Source: the human T2T-CHM13v2.0 reference genome, Homo sapiens. From it: a DNA stretch of 64,000 nucleotides. The translations under genes were made by a program, and so were the position numbers. Shown here piece after piece: positions 44,995-61,350 of this stretch. The DNA lies in the NCBI RefSeq assembly GCF_009914755.1, contig NC_060947.1. One strand, given 5' to 3'. The notes below the pieces were generated by a model. The model was not told where the DNA came from. It saw only the letters and a program-made list of their open reading frames with translations, and did not search any database. The stretch's first letter is position 1, and each line of letters starts with the position of its first letter.

Positions 44995-45348
44995 GCTAGA
45001 TAATTCCAAGTATTTGAGGGCATGTGGTAAGATAGAGTAGAGATAGGAACAGATATTCTGGAAAGCAATCTGGAAGTGCTTAGATAAATTAAGTGAATCT
45101 AAATAATTTGATCCAGACCTCTCATTCCTGGATATATATTCCTGAAAATTTTTCTCAAAGTCTGTAAGAGGACGTGTACAAGGATGTTTATCACAATACT
45201 CTTTGAGGTAGCAGGGAGTTGGAAATAATCTATGTTTCATCACCAGGGGAATGAGTAACTACAACGTGATGAATGCATACTATGGATTACTATGCAGCAG
45301 TTTGAAACTATAGGATAGGTGTATACACAGTATAAAAATTATGGTGCT

Positions 45349-45680
<332 letters not shown>

Positions 45681-46195
45681 TTATAGTACAATACTACTAG
45701 GATTTCTGTTTACTAAAAATTCATGCACACACAATACATATATTTCAAGAGCACATAGAAATGAAGGGTAGACTTCAACCCATTAAATGTTTACCTATGG
45801 GCAGAAAGAAGATTGGGAGTAAGGACTAGGGAGAAAAAAACAGAAGAAAAATTAAACAAAACAATAAAGAAAACAAACAGGGACACTGTGTTGGCCAATG
45901 GTGTACCTTGAACTAAGGAGGATAATTAACCCTGTCCTTTGCATTGATTTAATAATAATCTTCAAAGGCATAGCAAGACCAATTGTATAAGGCAGGCGTC
46001 TAGTTCAAAACCCAGAAACATAGAATGAAACTTTGGTCTAGTTACAAATATTTCTGTAACTCACTTTATTAATCTTTCAACATATAATCTGAAATATAGT
46101 CAATATTTTGGGACCAATGAGAAAGAATTTTTCAGGCAGAAAAGCTTTTCTAGAAGTCTTAAATTTACACATCACATGAGTCTCACTTTAATCAG

Positions 46196-46719
<524 letters not shown>

Positions 46720-47934
46720 AAAAAATGTAATTTCTTAGCACATTTAGATTTTTAAAACCTACATTTAAATTTTTAAATGAGCCAACATATTGTACCAAAA
46801 TAACATTTCTAAGAGAAAATATATTAACCACTCAATTATTCCTATTTATCACAATATTTTAACTCTATGATGTCTCAGGGATTGAATCTGATTTAATACT
46901 ATAATAAAACCACAGGTCCAATGGCAGAATGCTGGGAAATAGCCAAAGACTCTGTTTCATTTATCTGATGTAACTTTGACAAGTGAGTTCAATGTCGGTT
47001 GACTGGCATGTGCCTTCCTTTTCTTGGCCTTCTCTTTTATTAATGTAGTCACAGCTGTAAGGCTTGAGGTACTGTCACAAGAGACAGAGAGGGCTGAAGC
47101 TAAACTAAAATGCTATAAGAATATTAGCGCTTTGGGGTGAAACAAATATTAAGAAGTGAACTACGGCCCTAGGTTTTCACACCAGGATGCTTTACAAAAT
47201 TAACAAAAGGGTACTTTAATCTCCAACCCCCAGAAGACATCCTAATGAGACTGGAAAAGAAAAACGGTCCTGCATCCCTTACTCTCTCCCATTCGGAACC
47301 TGAGAAAAATTGAACAATTTGTATTTAACCTCTTTCACAAGGTCACCAACAGTCAATTTGTTTACTGGTTATTCACCTTCAAGGACTGTGAAAGGGAAAG
47401 GACTCAAAAAAACACAGACCGGAGATAGCCATATTCATGCAATTCTATAACCCCATGGCAGCCCACTGTTTCCAAGCACTGATATTTGACTATTTGTGAA
47501 GGCCTCGGTTGAACACAAGCAGACGGCAAGCCAGGAGCTCCACCTTCTAGTCTCAATTAAAATTGAATTTCTTGTGAGTGACCTCACACTTTGGGTTATC
47601 TCCTTTCAAAAGACACTAATATTTAAGTTTCCTCAAAATAGCAAAATATTTTGAATTGGTAAAACGCATGAAGGAGAAAAACATCCTTTAAAAGTTTCTT
47701 TAAATAAAAAACCAAGTTTCTACAAACTTCTTTTTCCAATATGAATAATCTTACCTCCATTCTTTAGCCCTTAATTGAATTTAAAACCGTAACATATACA
47801 TTAGGTTCTTCTCAAAAGGCATCAGAAGGTAGGAAAAGTGAAATTCAGCAACATGCCTTTTTCTTTAGGTTGGTAGCTTCAATCAGAGGGGGAATTCCAC
47901 TAATAATTTCAGTAATAAGACACTAATGAATATG

Positions 47935-49356
<1,422 letters not shown>

Positions 49357-49658
49357 CCCAGTAGCTAGGATTACAGGGGTGCACCACCACGCCCGGCTAA
49401 TTTTTTATTTTTATTAGAGCCAGGGTTTCACCATGTTGGCCAGGCTGGTCTCGAACTCCTGACCTAAAGTGATCCACCCACCTCAGCCTCCCAAAGTGCT
49501 GGGATTACAGGTGTGAGCCACCACGCCTGGCGAACCTGTAATCTTCATTATAATACAATACTACCCTATTAAAAAAGTTACCAGAAGAGAGACTGAAGCA
49601 ATTAGCTAAAGCAACTTATTTTTTACAGTAGGCTTTGACTGGTCAATAATATTCTTAA

Positions 49659-50066
<408 letters not shown>

Positions 50067-50756
50067 TGGTTTTCTGATCTATAAAGATATGACAGGTCCA
50101 AAGTCCAAAATGCTCTGGAAACTAAAGGCATTTTTAATTATTATTCAGCCAATTCATTTGACTTGACCTAAACTCACTTAGTCTCCTCACCTTATTTTGT
50201 GAAGCTTTCTCTGGAGCCTCCTACTCTGTCCCGGCAGAGCCAAGTACTCCTCCTCAGTGCTTCTATAGCAGTTCAGGTCTGACTTTGGCTACACAGGACT
50301 GTGTTTAAGTCAACAGTCTTGTCCACCCACCTATTCTCATCCTCATCTCCTCACACTTTTAGTTAGAAGTCACCCACAATGCTCTTCTCAGAGACTAAAA
50401 ATAAATGGGTTCAAATTCAGAGTTTACGTTATCCAAAGTACAAAAATTGACAAGATACGTAATAAGGCAAAACATAATCTTAGGAAATCCCAATAAAGTA
50501 TCCCTGGATGCAAGGGTCTACAGAAAAAAAAAATAACTTCTGTCTCTGAGACTGGCACTAGTCTCAACACTTAATAAGGTAATAAGCCGGGGCATGAAAT
50601 ATCTCATGCAGGCATATTTCTACAACCTGTATCAGATGGTTGGGCACCGATGGAAAGAATGACTGTAATAGTTAGGATTTATTATGGGAGAAGAATTCCA
50701 TGGTGAACATGCAAGTAATTCAGGTAGTTGGCAGCCTTTTTTTTAAAGAAATATTG

Positions 50757-51068
50757 TTTTTATTATTTATTTTTTATTTATTTTTTGAGATGGAGTCTTG
50801 CTCTGTCACCCAGGCTGGGGTGCAGTGGCGCGATCTTGGCTCACTGCAAGCTCCGCCTCCCGGGTTCACCATTCTCCGGCCTCAGCCTCCCGAGTAGCTG
50901 GGACTACAGTCACCCACCACCACGCCTGGCTAATTTTTTTTTTGTATTTTTAGTAGAGACGGGGTTTCACTGTGTTAGCCAGGATGGTCTCCATCTCCTG
51001 ACCTCGTAATCCGCCCACCTCGGCCTCCCGAAGTGCTGGGATTACAGGTGTGAGCCACTGAACCCAGC
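50757..51068 (-). mobile_element. AluY
   Basis: Y diagnostics, T-rich tail, TSD TGTTTTTTATT. Confidence 0.95.
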
Positions 51069-51126
51069 TGTTTTTATTTTCTTAAGAAAAAAAAATGAAA
51101 ATTTCTGATAGTTGTCTTTATTAACT

Positions 51127-51436
51127 AAAAGAAAGTAAAAAACATCACAGATTGGTTATAGTTTCATATATGGACTATATGACATTTAAAGTCTTTTTTT
51201 TTTGAAATGCAGTAACTTTAGAATGGCAATTTATTTTACAACCCATACGTTTTGCTAATTAAGACATGATGGTTTCAACAAAAGAAAGTATAAAAACATA
51301 ATATAGATTGCTTATAGTTTCATATGTGGACTATAGAACATTTGAAATCTTTCTTTTTTCCTGAAATACAGTAATCTTAGAAGGCCAATTTGTTTTACAA
51401 CCCATAGGTTTTGCTAATTAAGATATGGTGGTTTCA
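51127..51436 (+). repeat. Tandem duplication of a unit of about 153 bp
   Basis: Units 51127-51279 and 51280-51436 both run aaaagaaagta...ttttgctaattaaga...ggtttca. Confidence 0.93.
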
Positions 51437-51740
51437 GGCAGGGCACGGTGGCTCATGCCTGTAATCCCAGCATTCTGAGAGGCTGAGGCGGTCGGATAAC
51501 TTGAGGTCAGGAGTTCGAGGTCAGCCTGGACAACATGGCGAAACCCGGTCTCTACTAAAAATACAAAAATCAGCCAGGTGTGGTGGCACGTGCCTGTAAT
51601 CTCAGCTACTCAGGAGACTGAGGCAGGAGAATCATTTGAACCTGGGAGGCAGAGGTGCAGTGAGCCAAGATTGCACCACTGCACTCCAGCCCAGGCGACA
51701 GAGTAAGACTACATCTCAAAAAAAAAAAAAAAAAAAAAAA
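51437..51740 (+). mobile_element. AluSz/Sx-like
   Basis: Full dimer, TSD AAGATATGG...GGTTTCA. Confidence 0.95.
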
Positions 51741-53227
51741 GATATGGAGGTTGAGGTTTCAGTTTGCAGATGTCAGCATGAAGAGGAGAAACCATCAGGT
51801 TTTCAAACTGTGAGCTTATTGTGGTGCTCAATGCCCTTTTATTTTTAAAGAGAGAGACAATCCAATTTGCTTTTTGTTTTTTCAGTAGGACTTTGGCTAA
51901 TAAGTAATGTCTGTTCATAAACAAATGCCATGTAATGCGAACAGCATAAATTGTATAGTTTTAAAAGGCCTTTCAAGGGGATGAACACTGAATTTTTTTC
52001 TGCAAGACACAAAATAACACAGGCAGTCAGGTTTACCTTAAAGAAGACTTATCCTAAGTCAGCCTCATACGAAACGGCAAATCTATAAGGTATGGCAGCA
52101 TATTAAATCAATCCTTTTAATAATGTTTCATTAAATTATAACATGCCATCCAGGGGATCATTGCATTTTGAAATTTGGTTGTTTTCCTATGAGAAACAAA
52201 TAGAAATAAATCAGACAAATCCCCTTAATGTATTCAGAGATTCTAATTCAGAGTTCTCCCTTCTTTGTTATGATAACATTACTTTGATGTCACATTTTCC
52301 TAAGCAAATATAGCAGATATCTAACTGAAATAGTGATTTTATTGATTACTAGGCTTACCTATCTTGAATAAGTCACCTCATAAAGTCTTTTTTTCTCCTT
52401 AGTCCCCTTAGCTGCTTCTTTCACAGTGGGGAAAAACAGTCTTTGTAATAGAACGCCAGTTTGCAGATGCCTTGTTTATATCTTTACGTACATTGTTTGT
52501 TTATCATTTATGTCATAGTTCCACTACCACCATTTTCTTATTTCTGCCACGATATAGACTCTCATCTCTGGTCACACTTCAATGTGTCATATGGGTGACA
52601 TAAAGCTGAAGTGGCTCAGTTTATAGACCACGAAATTTTGATGACAGTTAAGTTAATTTTGCATGAAGATCAAGGAGCCGAAGCTGCAAAAGTCATTCAT
52701 AGAAAACGACTTTGCAAGTGGAAGGTTACTGTCTAGTTTAACTGGGCCCAGCTCTCTGCCTGAGATTATTTCAAATTGCATTATTCACAGCACACCACCT
52801 GTTTGTAACACTGTTTTCCTTTCCAAAAGCTTTATAGTTTAAAACAACAGTTTCTGTATGATTTATTCATTTATTTGTTCATTGAAAATATAACACCCTT
52901 CTTTAAAATAAAGTTTGGATCTAACTAGATAATTAAGCAGGTGAAAATCTGGGATTTTTCTTTAAACCATGATAAAATTTTGTTTTCCAAACACCCACAG
53001 GCTCATGAATTTCTGAAGGGCTCTGTGTAAATAAGTCTAACAGAACCAGTTAGCAATTCCAGCACAATGGCTCTCAAGATGCAGTCAAATTACAGTGATT
53101 CATTCATTTATTCATTGACAAAAATACTGGAATACAATGGTAAGCAAAAGAAACAGTCTGTACCTTTGGGGAGGCACTAGCCTGGTAGAGAGGAAATTTT
53201 TCATCAATCACATAAGTTTAAAAAATA

Positions 53228-53400
53228 TTGTATTTGCTGCATAACAAACTACCTCAAAACCTAGTCACTTACAAAGAAGCATTTATTGATTTACAGTTTC
53301 TATGGGTGAGGAATTTGGGAATGACTTAACTGGGTGGTCCTGATTCAAGGTCTCTCATGAGGTTGGGGTCAAGATGTTAGTCAAGGCTATAGTCATTTAT
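53228..53400 (-). mobile_element. MLT1F/G-type LTR fragment
   Basis: ttgctgcataacaaactacctcaaaacctag...caaggtctctcatgaggttggggtcaagatgttag. Confidence 0.75.
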
Positions 53401-53401
53401 T

Positions 53402-53526
53402 AGGTTGACAGAAATTCTGGTTTGCCTGAAACAAGCCTGGTTATGCCCCCTTTCCTGGCATAATTATAATTAGCATTCCCTTTCATTTTTAAAAGTGTCC
53501 TGGATTGTACAGTACATTCATCACTG
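53402..53526. mobile_element. MER94-like hAT-Blackjack MITE
   Basis: ctggtttgcctgaaaca...cctggcataattataattagcattccctttcatttttaaaagtgtcctggattg. Confidence 0.7.
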
Positions 53527-53599
53527 AACTAATTAAGAAGCTATATCCAGAATAGACTGCTCCCAATATGAAAAAATATCTGGTGTTTCAATTCCATAG

Positions 53600-53781
53600 T
53601 CTCTCACCCCTCCCTACGCCTCATGCATACATAGTGGCTTTCCTTCCTATTTGCTTCCAAGTTATCTCATCTTCCCATCGATTCTGAGAGCATCCAATAT
53701 AGATCTAATAAATTTCCATTTGCTTAAGCTAGCCCAAATCAAGTTCTGTTGCTTGCAACCATAGACTCCTACACTAATACA
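53600..53781 (+). mobile_element. LTR33-like ERVL LTR 3' end
   Basis: aataaatttccatttgcttaagctagcc...ttctgttgcttgcaacca...actaataca. Confidence 0.55.
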
Positions 53782-54368
53782 GCTATGATAAGGCGATTTC
53801 GTTCTATACTAATAGCAATGTAAACTTATGGAAAGGTTTTAAGTGTATTTGGGTAGAGGGAGAAATTAGATGTTCATTTCAACACCATTAGTTGTTACAG
53901 AGCAGAGAAAAATTAGTGATGAGAATGGGAACTAGAAAGCAAATTAGGAGGTATTGCAATAGTCCATTTGATAGTAGATGATGCTGTACACCAGGATATG
54001 GGTTATGAAGATAGGAAGATGTGATGGATTCAAGAGATCTAAGAAGTAAAACAGAAGGTAGTGGAGGATTAGATATAGAAGGTGAAGGAGACATAGATGT
54101 TAAGAATGATTCCTATGTCTCTGGCTTGTCCAGGCTGTGTGTGTTGAGTCTATTAGCTGCAACAGAAGATACAAGAAGAGAATCAGATATGTGAGTTTGG
54201 GATTTTTTTTTGAAACATTCTAGAAGGGAAATTAAGTAGATAGTTGAATACATATGAGGAGAGCATTGAGGAGCAGTCTGAGCTAGAGAGATATTTGCAT
54301 GTCATCTGCCTACAGACTATAGTTAAAAAAAAAAAAAAAAAGCATGGATTTGGAGCGATTACCTAGAC

Positions 54369-54533
54369 CAGAACTTCTTAACCCTGGATGGACATTAGAA
54401 TCAACTGGGGACTTGTTTTTATAAAAGCCGATGCCTGGGCCCAGAGATTCTGATTTAATTGATTGGGGTGTGACCCCTACTTTTTAAATGCTTCTCCATG
54501 GTTTGAATAACTATCCAGGGTTGAGAACTACCA
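54369..54533. mobile_element. MER5A/B MITE
   Basis: ttcttaaccctggatggacattagaatcaactgggga...cagagattctgatttaattg...ccagggttgagaactac. Confidence 0.85.
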
Positions 54534-55142
54534 TAGAGTGAGCATGCAGAAGGAGAAAAGAAGGGACAAGACTGAACCTTGAAAAACTTCAACATCTACT
54601 GGCCACTTAGGAGAAGACAAGCTGTCAAATGAGAAAGAGAGGAAGCAGCCAGAGAGGTAGGGATATGACAAATAACAGGAGATATTAACATGAAACCAAA
54701 ACATGAGTGTTTCAACAGGGAGAGAACAAACGGTCAATTTTGGCAAATGACTAATGAGAAGTAAACTCAGATTAGAACTAAGAACTGTTCATCATATTTA
54801 GGAACACTGTTACCTTTATGGAAAGATATTTCAGTTTTCTGATAAGACTTAAAGCTGGACAGAAGTGGGCTGGGCAGTAAGTTGATGGTGAAACAATGGA
54901 GATAGATGGTAGAGACATCTCTTAGCTGGAGAGAACGATGGTGTGGTAGCTGGACATGGGTGAGTACTCAAGTTATTTTGTCTTATTATATATGATAGAC
55001 CTGAATTAGTTTAAAAGTTGATGCAATGTATTCAACTTTCAGAAAGAAAAAAGTATGCAAGAAAGGGATAAATACAAAAGAGTGTAGAGGTTTTGAAAAT
55101 ATGAGAGATCTTAGGTGGGCATCGTAAAAACAAGGGGAATCA

Positions 55143-55277
55143 AGCCAGACAGGGTGGTGCATGCCTGTAATCCCAGCTACTTAGAAAGCTGAGGCAGAAG
55201 AATCGCTTGAGCCCTCAGAAGTTCGAGACGATCCTGGGCAACACAGTGGGACCCCATCTTTTATCTAAAAAATAAAA
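55143..55277 (+). mobile_element. Free Alu monomer (FLAM/FAM-type)
   Basis: Single arm of about 130 bp with an A-rich end and a degenerate TSD. Confidence 0.85.
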
Positions 55278-56454
55278 CAGGGAAGGCTCAATCTTAAATA
55301 AGGAGAACATCTTCTCCATGAATTTAGGAGGGAAGAGAAGTATGTAAGAGCAAAGCCAGTCGCTATATTTTGAACTAGAAAGATAAGAAAGTTCCAATCT
55401 GATTTTGTTTTGTTTTGTTTTGTTTTTCTGTAAAGTAGAAGGGAAGGTATGAGTTAAAAATAGGATAGGAAGGACATGTGACAGGCGAAAGTGTAGACAG
55501 AGTAGCAAACTGTTGGAATGGTATTTGTGAAGAGTGTGGGAGTGAGCTAATCAGAGAAGGCGAGTAGAACTGCCAAGCAGTATGGAGAGCTGTTTTAAGG
55601 GAAGTCATCATTAATTTACACAGAAACAAGTGCAAGAACCAAGTTCATCCAAAAATGTGCTTTTTTTCCAGGTAACGCGACAAAAAGAAAGGGGACAAGG
55701 AAGTTCCATATAGTAATTAAAAACAGTTATAGAAATGATGTGCCATGGAATCTAAGTTGGACGATGAGAGAAAGATAAAAGAAGACTGATAGATTGGGGA
55801 ACAATCAGAACCTCTCATAGGGTCAAAGAACAGAAAAGGTCTATATGGTTATTTTAGGTAGATTTCTAATTAACCTCAGTGGTATTTCATCCAAAATACT
55901 GATATTGAATTCCATCAGTAAAAGGGCTCTCTTGCATTATTTTGACTATGGCAGTGCGAGAGGAGGGTGGCGCAAAGAGTCTTCATTATCTTTCATGCAA
56001 AATTAGCGGAGTTTTAAATCCTTTGATCAGGAAAAGCAAACGAGAAAATGAAAAGATAGAAATTACAGTCCTATAGTTCAAACTAAAAAAATTCTGAATT
56101 ACACAAACTATAGAACAAAAAATGGCAGCAGAATATCGTGATGCTATAAGCAGCCAAGTAGTCCATTAATCCACCCTTAAATATGTGTGATACTCTTATA
56201 GAGCTCCGAGTTACAGGCCTTGCTTTAAAGGCTGGATACAGAACCTCTGATCCTGACATGAACACTGTTCAGAATCTATCCATGAACCTGGAAGTGAGAG
56301 ACATCCCAGGGTCTGCTACCACTAAAACAAAATAACTTACGACATCCTCAGAACCTCTAAGATCCTGAATAGCTCTGGAGCTTTTTAGACAGCTATTTTG
56401 CCTGAATAGTTAAACCCAAGTGATATAAATGAATCTAATGAAAGGAAGGTCAAT

Positions 56455-56945
56455 CGCTGCTTGACAAACATTTTCATACAATTTTCTATGTTCTAGTCAT
56501 AAAACTAGGCTCTAGAGATACTATAGTTGGCAAACAGAAATGTTCCCTTTCCTCAAGGAGCCTAACACATATACAAAACAGACATTAAAGAATCACCAAT
56601 ATTGAGGTGAATAATTAAGCCGTGCGAAGGGCTACAGTAAAAGAGGTGTACGTTTAATAGATATTTAGGAATATTTGGAATTTAGTAATCCTGGAGTAGA
56701 GGGAGGAGGTAATAGAGAAGAATTCAGCAAGAATGCTTCAATATGGGGATGAAGCAACTTGGTGGTATAGGTGGCATTTATTAAGATAGAGAATATAGAT
56801 GAGGAGCCAGTTTGGGACAAGAAGGTGCTGAATTGAGTTTTGGACATGTTGCATTTGAGATGCTTGTTAAACAACCGAGCACAGGTATATAATAGTCAGA
56901 TAAAAGTCTAGAGCTCCGAAGAAAGATTTGGGTGAGAAAGATAGA
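56455..56945 (-). mobile_element. L2 fragment
   Basis: tgagttttggacatgttgcatttgagatgcttgttaaaca core. Confidence 0.7.
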
Positions 56946-57129
56946 TTTTATCCTAGTTGGTCCTTTGCTCAAATGGGTCCCAGATCTAAGCACTGCTGTG
57001 ATCAATGGCCAACTGATGAAGGCAGGGCAGGTGAAGGAGGAAAAGATGCTCTTTTTCAGAATTCTTTTCACCACATGCCACTCCAGCTCAATAATTATGA
57101 CAGAGGCAACAGGTACCTTTGACACATCC

Positions 57130-57450
57130 TCCATGCATTACCATGGTATTCTTTCTAAAACACAGTTAAGTTTATGACATTACCTTACCTCTGATCCAGT
57201 GGATAAAGTCCAAGCTTCTAAATATGGGGTTCAGAATCTTTTATCATCTAGCTTCATTTCTTCCTATGCTACCCCATAGTCTCTAGATCCCCTTCCATGT
57301 AACACATACTTTTTTCTACAAACACATCAACGTTGATGGAGTCCTTTTAACAGTCCATGTTGGCATTTCTTTCTCAAATACGTTTTGCCCCCTTTCTCTG
57401 CCTGGAAAACTTCCACTCTTCCTTCAAAATCCTGCTTCATTTATTCCCTC
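57130..57450 (+). mobile_element. L2 fragment
   Basis: ggataaagtccaagctt...tctgcctggaaaacttccactcttccttcaaaatcctg. Confidence 0.6.
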
Positions 57451-57869
57451 ATTCAATAAAAATATTTTGAGCCCTTCCTGGATGACACACACTCTGTTAG
57501 ATGTTTGGCCTATGGAGTCATTCACAAAAAAGATATTACCCACCCACCCCATGTTATATACAGCATATCAGAAAAGGACATAGATAGGGGATACGGTATA
57601 CTTATCAGTTTCTCCTCATTGGGAACTGGTAAAATTCTTATCTAACATGCTCAGATATTTATATTTATATTTATATTTTATTTATTTATTTATTTCTGCT
57701 GATACCTACTGGATCTCTCTTTTCCTTGCCTTGTCCAAATTCTGGTGATGTTTTATCATGAATTTTTGCCTCATGCTGGTCTTCCCAGGCATAACATTTT
57801 CTTTTATCAAATCATTTAATCTCATTATTTGTTTTTTTAATTGCTCAAAGCTCACTCTGATTTCTATGA

Positions 57870-58398
<529 letters not shown>

Positions 58399-59311
58399 CT
58401 CACCTTTTATTAGGATTGGAGATAAATGAATTTCTCCATTGGACCAACATATGAGCTATGTATTAATATACTTCCATATAACATCAGTAGCCCAGGATTT
58501 TCTGTGTAGCCTTTCAATGCTGGCAACTATAACCTCATCTGGTCCATCACTTTCTCCACCTCCTAGTAACACCAGCCTTGTCAGTGTCAATTAATTCAGC
58601 ATGCCATAGTCCTTCTATACCCCCACCCCCTACTCCATATATTAGCCACAGACACTGCTCTGCTTCTTGGCATCAACAACTGGAATCTGGACCACATGTT
58701 AGAGGATCTTACTTCATCATACCAACCATGGGCAAAAGTCAGATGCAAAGTGAACTAACATCAATCTGTATTTTTTAGGTTCTTGTTATATATTAGGAAA
58801 GGTTATTTGTCTCTTGGTAGCTTGGGAAGCCCTGAATCATAAAATAAATGAAGCACTTGATATGTAACAAAGATCATATTATTCATACATATTAGAATTC
58901 AAAGCCTATATGTCATGACATGGACTTCTGGGAATTTAATTATCTTAACGTTATGTCTTCGTGAAGGTGTTTGGAAATGAAATTACCACAGAGCTGAACT
59001 TATACAACTTACTTATGGATAGGAGCTCTTCTTCACAGTCTAGTTATGTGAGCCACTTAAGAAGAAATGGCAGTGACAGGAAAACTGTAGACAACAGAAG
59101 TAATCTGCAAAAGGAGAGAGTCACAATTTTGAAGGTCAAATGTGGCCCTTCCTAAATAAGTGAGAATATAGAAATAAGAAGAAGGGACATATCTGGAGAA
59201 AGGGATTTGTTTAAAGCCAAAAGCCAAGACTCTTCATGAAACTCAAAGTTGATTTCCTTAAGTCTCTTTGGTTTTCAATAAAACCAATAACCCTTTATTA
59301 AAAACAAAAAA

Positions 59312-59540
59312 GGCGGATTAAGTAGTTAGTTAGCATACATGCTATTGTGCCCAAGGCCATGGTGTTAATCCCCTGAAATGAGGGTGAATTTCATTCTGTT
59401 TGAAAACTACACCCTGCATTGAGTCAGCCATCTTGAAATTACATGTCTTCAGTGAATTAAAAAACTGGATAGGACTGTTTGAATAATCTAAATCCAGATC
59501 ACCCCTGCTGGGCTAGGGAAATGCTCAAAAGTACACACTC
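59312..59540 (+). mobile_element. MamSINE1-like ancient tRNA-derived SINE
   Basis: Decayed tRNA-like head ggcggattaagtagttagttagcatacatgctattgtgcccaaggccatggtgttaatcccc, then ttcattctgtt...cagccatcttgaaat. Confidence 0.5.
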
Positions 59541-59559
59541 CTCAATACAGTGTTAATAA

Positions 59560-59870
59560 AAGAGTAAAATGGAAACAAATTAAAAAGTGGTCTATACACA
59601 TAGGGTAGTCATTTTATGTAAGCAGTAAAAATGATAATAATTAGAAGCATATACCTGCTCAGGAAAACGCTTATTATTTCATGCTAAGTGAAAGCAACCA
59701 CAACAAAAATTATATATATGATTACAACTATTTTAAAAGTATATATTCTGATTAAAAACTGAAAGAGTATCTATAAATATAAAACTATAGGTTACAGTGT
59801 TGGGGAAATTATAGGTAGTGTTCTCAATGTTATACATTTTACAATACTATTACTTTGTATAAAAATAAGC
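59560..59870 (+). mobile_element. L1ME-type 3' end fragment
   Basis: taaaaagtggtctatacaca...gcagtaaaaatgat...atgctaagtgaaag. Confidence 0.55.
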
Positions 59871-60574
59871 AACAGCATGCCAAAATGATGGGGCTTCAGG
59901 GGCAATATCTTTATATATAATCGTGCTTTATTACTGCCAAGGGAAGTAATGCTGTCATTCTACTTCCTTCTAAACTTTGTTTTAATTAAAAAGAGAGAGT
60001 GATCCTACACAAATCTAAGACCAAATAAATGTCAGCTCAGCATTTGTGGAAAATGTTAAGACTAGAGGCCAATGATGAATTAGCCTAATTCAGAGACTAA
60101 TAACATTACCAAGTGAACTGTCATCTTGGTTCTTACATGCAATGTATGTCAGGGGAGCAAATGTGGATAGATGCAGTGGAGGATTTCTACCTGTATTAGC
60201 AAAATGGCTGAAGTGTTGGTGATGGTTTATAATCAGAAACCTAGATTTTATTAGCTTTGACTATCAAGAGTGTTCAGGGAATACTAAAATCTCCCTAGTT
60301 CCCTTCGAACTGATGGATGCAAGCTGACAGCACTGAGAATGAGGACACTAGGTTCTCATAGGAAGACAGAAAACAATGGGAAGATGAGCACAAATTCCAA
60401 CTTTTATAAGATATACTTAACGTAACAGAGTGCACACAACTATACATGTGGGAAATCTATAGATGTGATAAATCAAACTAATTGTGTCACTCTCCATGTT
60501 TAATTTTGGAAAAGCATTTACAATCCTAGATTAGCACCCACAAAACTTAGGCTGCACAGTGATACTGATAACTA

Positions 60575-60800
60575 AATTTTGTAGAACACTTCATAGCATT
60601 CAAAATGTATTTGTTCATTTTATTTCACAGTGATCGGTTCATGAACCCTTTGAGGAGATAAGGCAAGTGTTGTTATTCACATTTTACACATGAGAGAAAA
60701 AGAATTTAACCAACTAGCTGCCACTCAGCTAGAAAGTGGCAGAGTCCAAACGTAAATTCAAGGAATCTGACTGCAAACCACCAGGTCTTGCTGATTCCCA
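60575..60800 (-). mobile_element. MIR
   Basis: ttattcacattttacacatgag...cactcagctagaaagtggcagag. Confidence 0.7.
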
Positions 60801-61189
60801 CAATAACATTAAAGCAATTCAAAGAGAAAGCTAGCTTTCAGTAAAATTCATATTTAAGACACAGCTTTAACTCTCTTCTCAGCTCTTTTCCTACCCAGAG
60901 TTCCTATGCTCTCAGTTCCTATGCTTCCCTCTCTGAGGGAAGGAAATTTCATTCATACTAATATGTTAGGAAGATACTGACTATGCCCCAAAGTTTGTTT
61001 TTGCATCAGGAATGCTAGGAAAGAGCATTCTTAAAAATAATGAAATGAACTACTGGTAGATTACCTAGAACTGCTAAAAACAGAGGGGAAAAAATACTCT
61101 GGAAGTGTTCAGATATATACGATCATGTCATTTATTCTACTTACTCTTGAGGCTGATCCTGTACAACTCTCTTACCAATTAGGGATGCC

Positions 61190-61350
61190 AGCTGTGGTAA
61201 AGTGAAAAGAGGACACAAAGGTTGAACTATCAAATACAAGCTGTGTGATCTACAATAAACAAGATCAAATAATTCTGAGCCTCCATTTCCTTGTCTGAAG
61301 AATGGAAGACTTTATTTACAGTGTGGGAGTGAAGATAAAATGAGATAAAA
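61190..61350 (+). mobile_element. MIR
   Basis: agctgtgtgatct...tctgagcctccatttccttgtctgaagaatgg...gtgaagataaaatgagataa. Confidence 0.7.

Larger units (their letters stand above)
53095..55800 (-). mobile_element. Long decayed L2 interrupted by several younger elements
   Basis: 3' end ttcattcatttattcattgac; purine-rich antisense body (aggaggtattgcaatagtcca, aagaatgattcctatgtctctggcttg); boundaries approximate. Confidence 0.7.

Noticed and set aside
55948-55975. Possible CTCF site (ggcagtgcgagaggagggtggcgca)
   Set aside because: Only the GGTGGCGC half matches; the CCAC/CCAG core and upstream-motif spacing are wrong.
59312-59385. Possible tRNA gene
   Set aside because: The cloverleaf and A/B boxes are too degraded; it fits a SINE head better.
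60899-60925. Short duplications such as AGTTCCTATGCT twice (also cactttaatgtatca near 44412-44443)
   Set aside because: Ordinary slippage micro-duplications.
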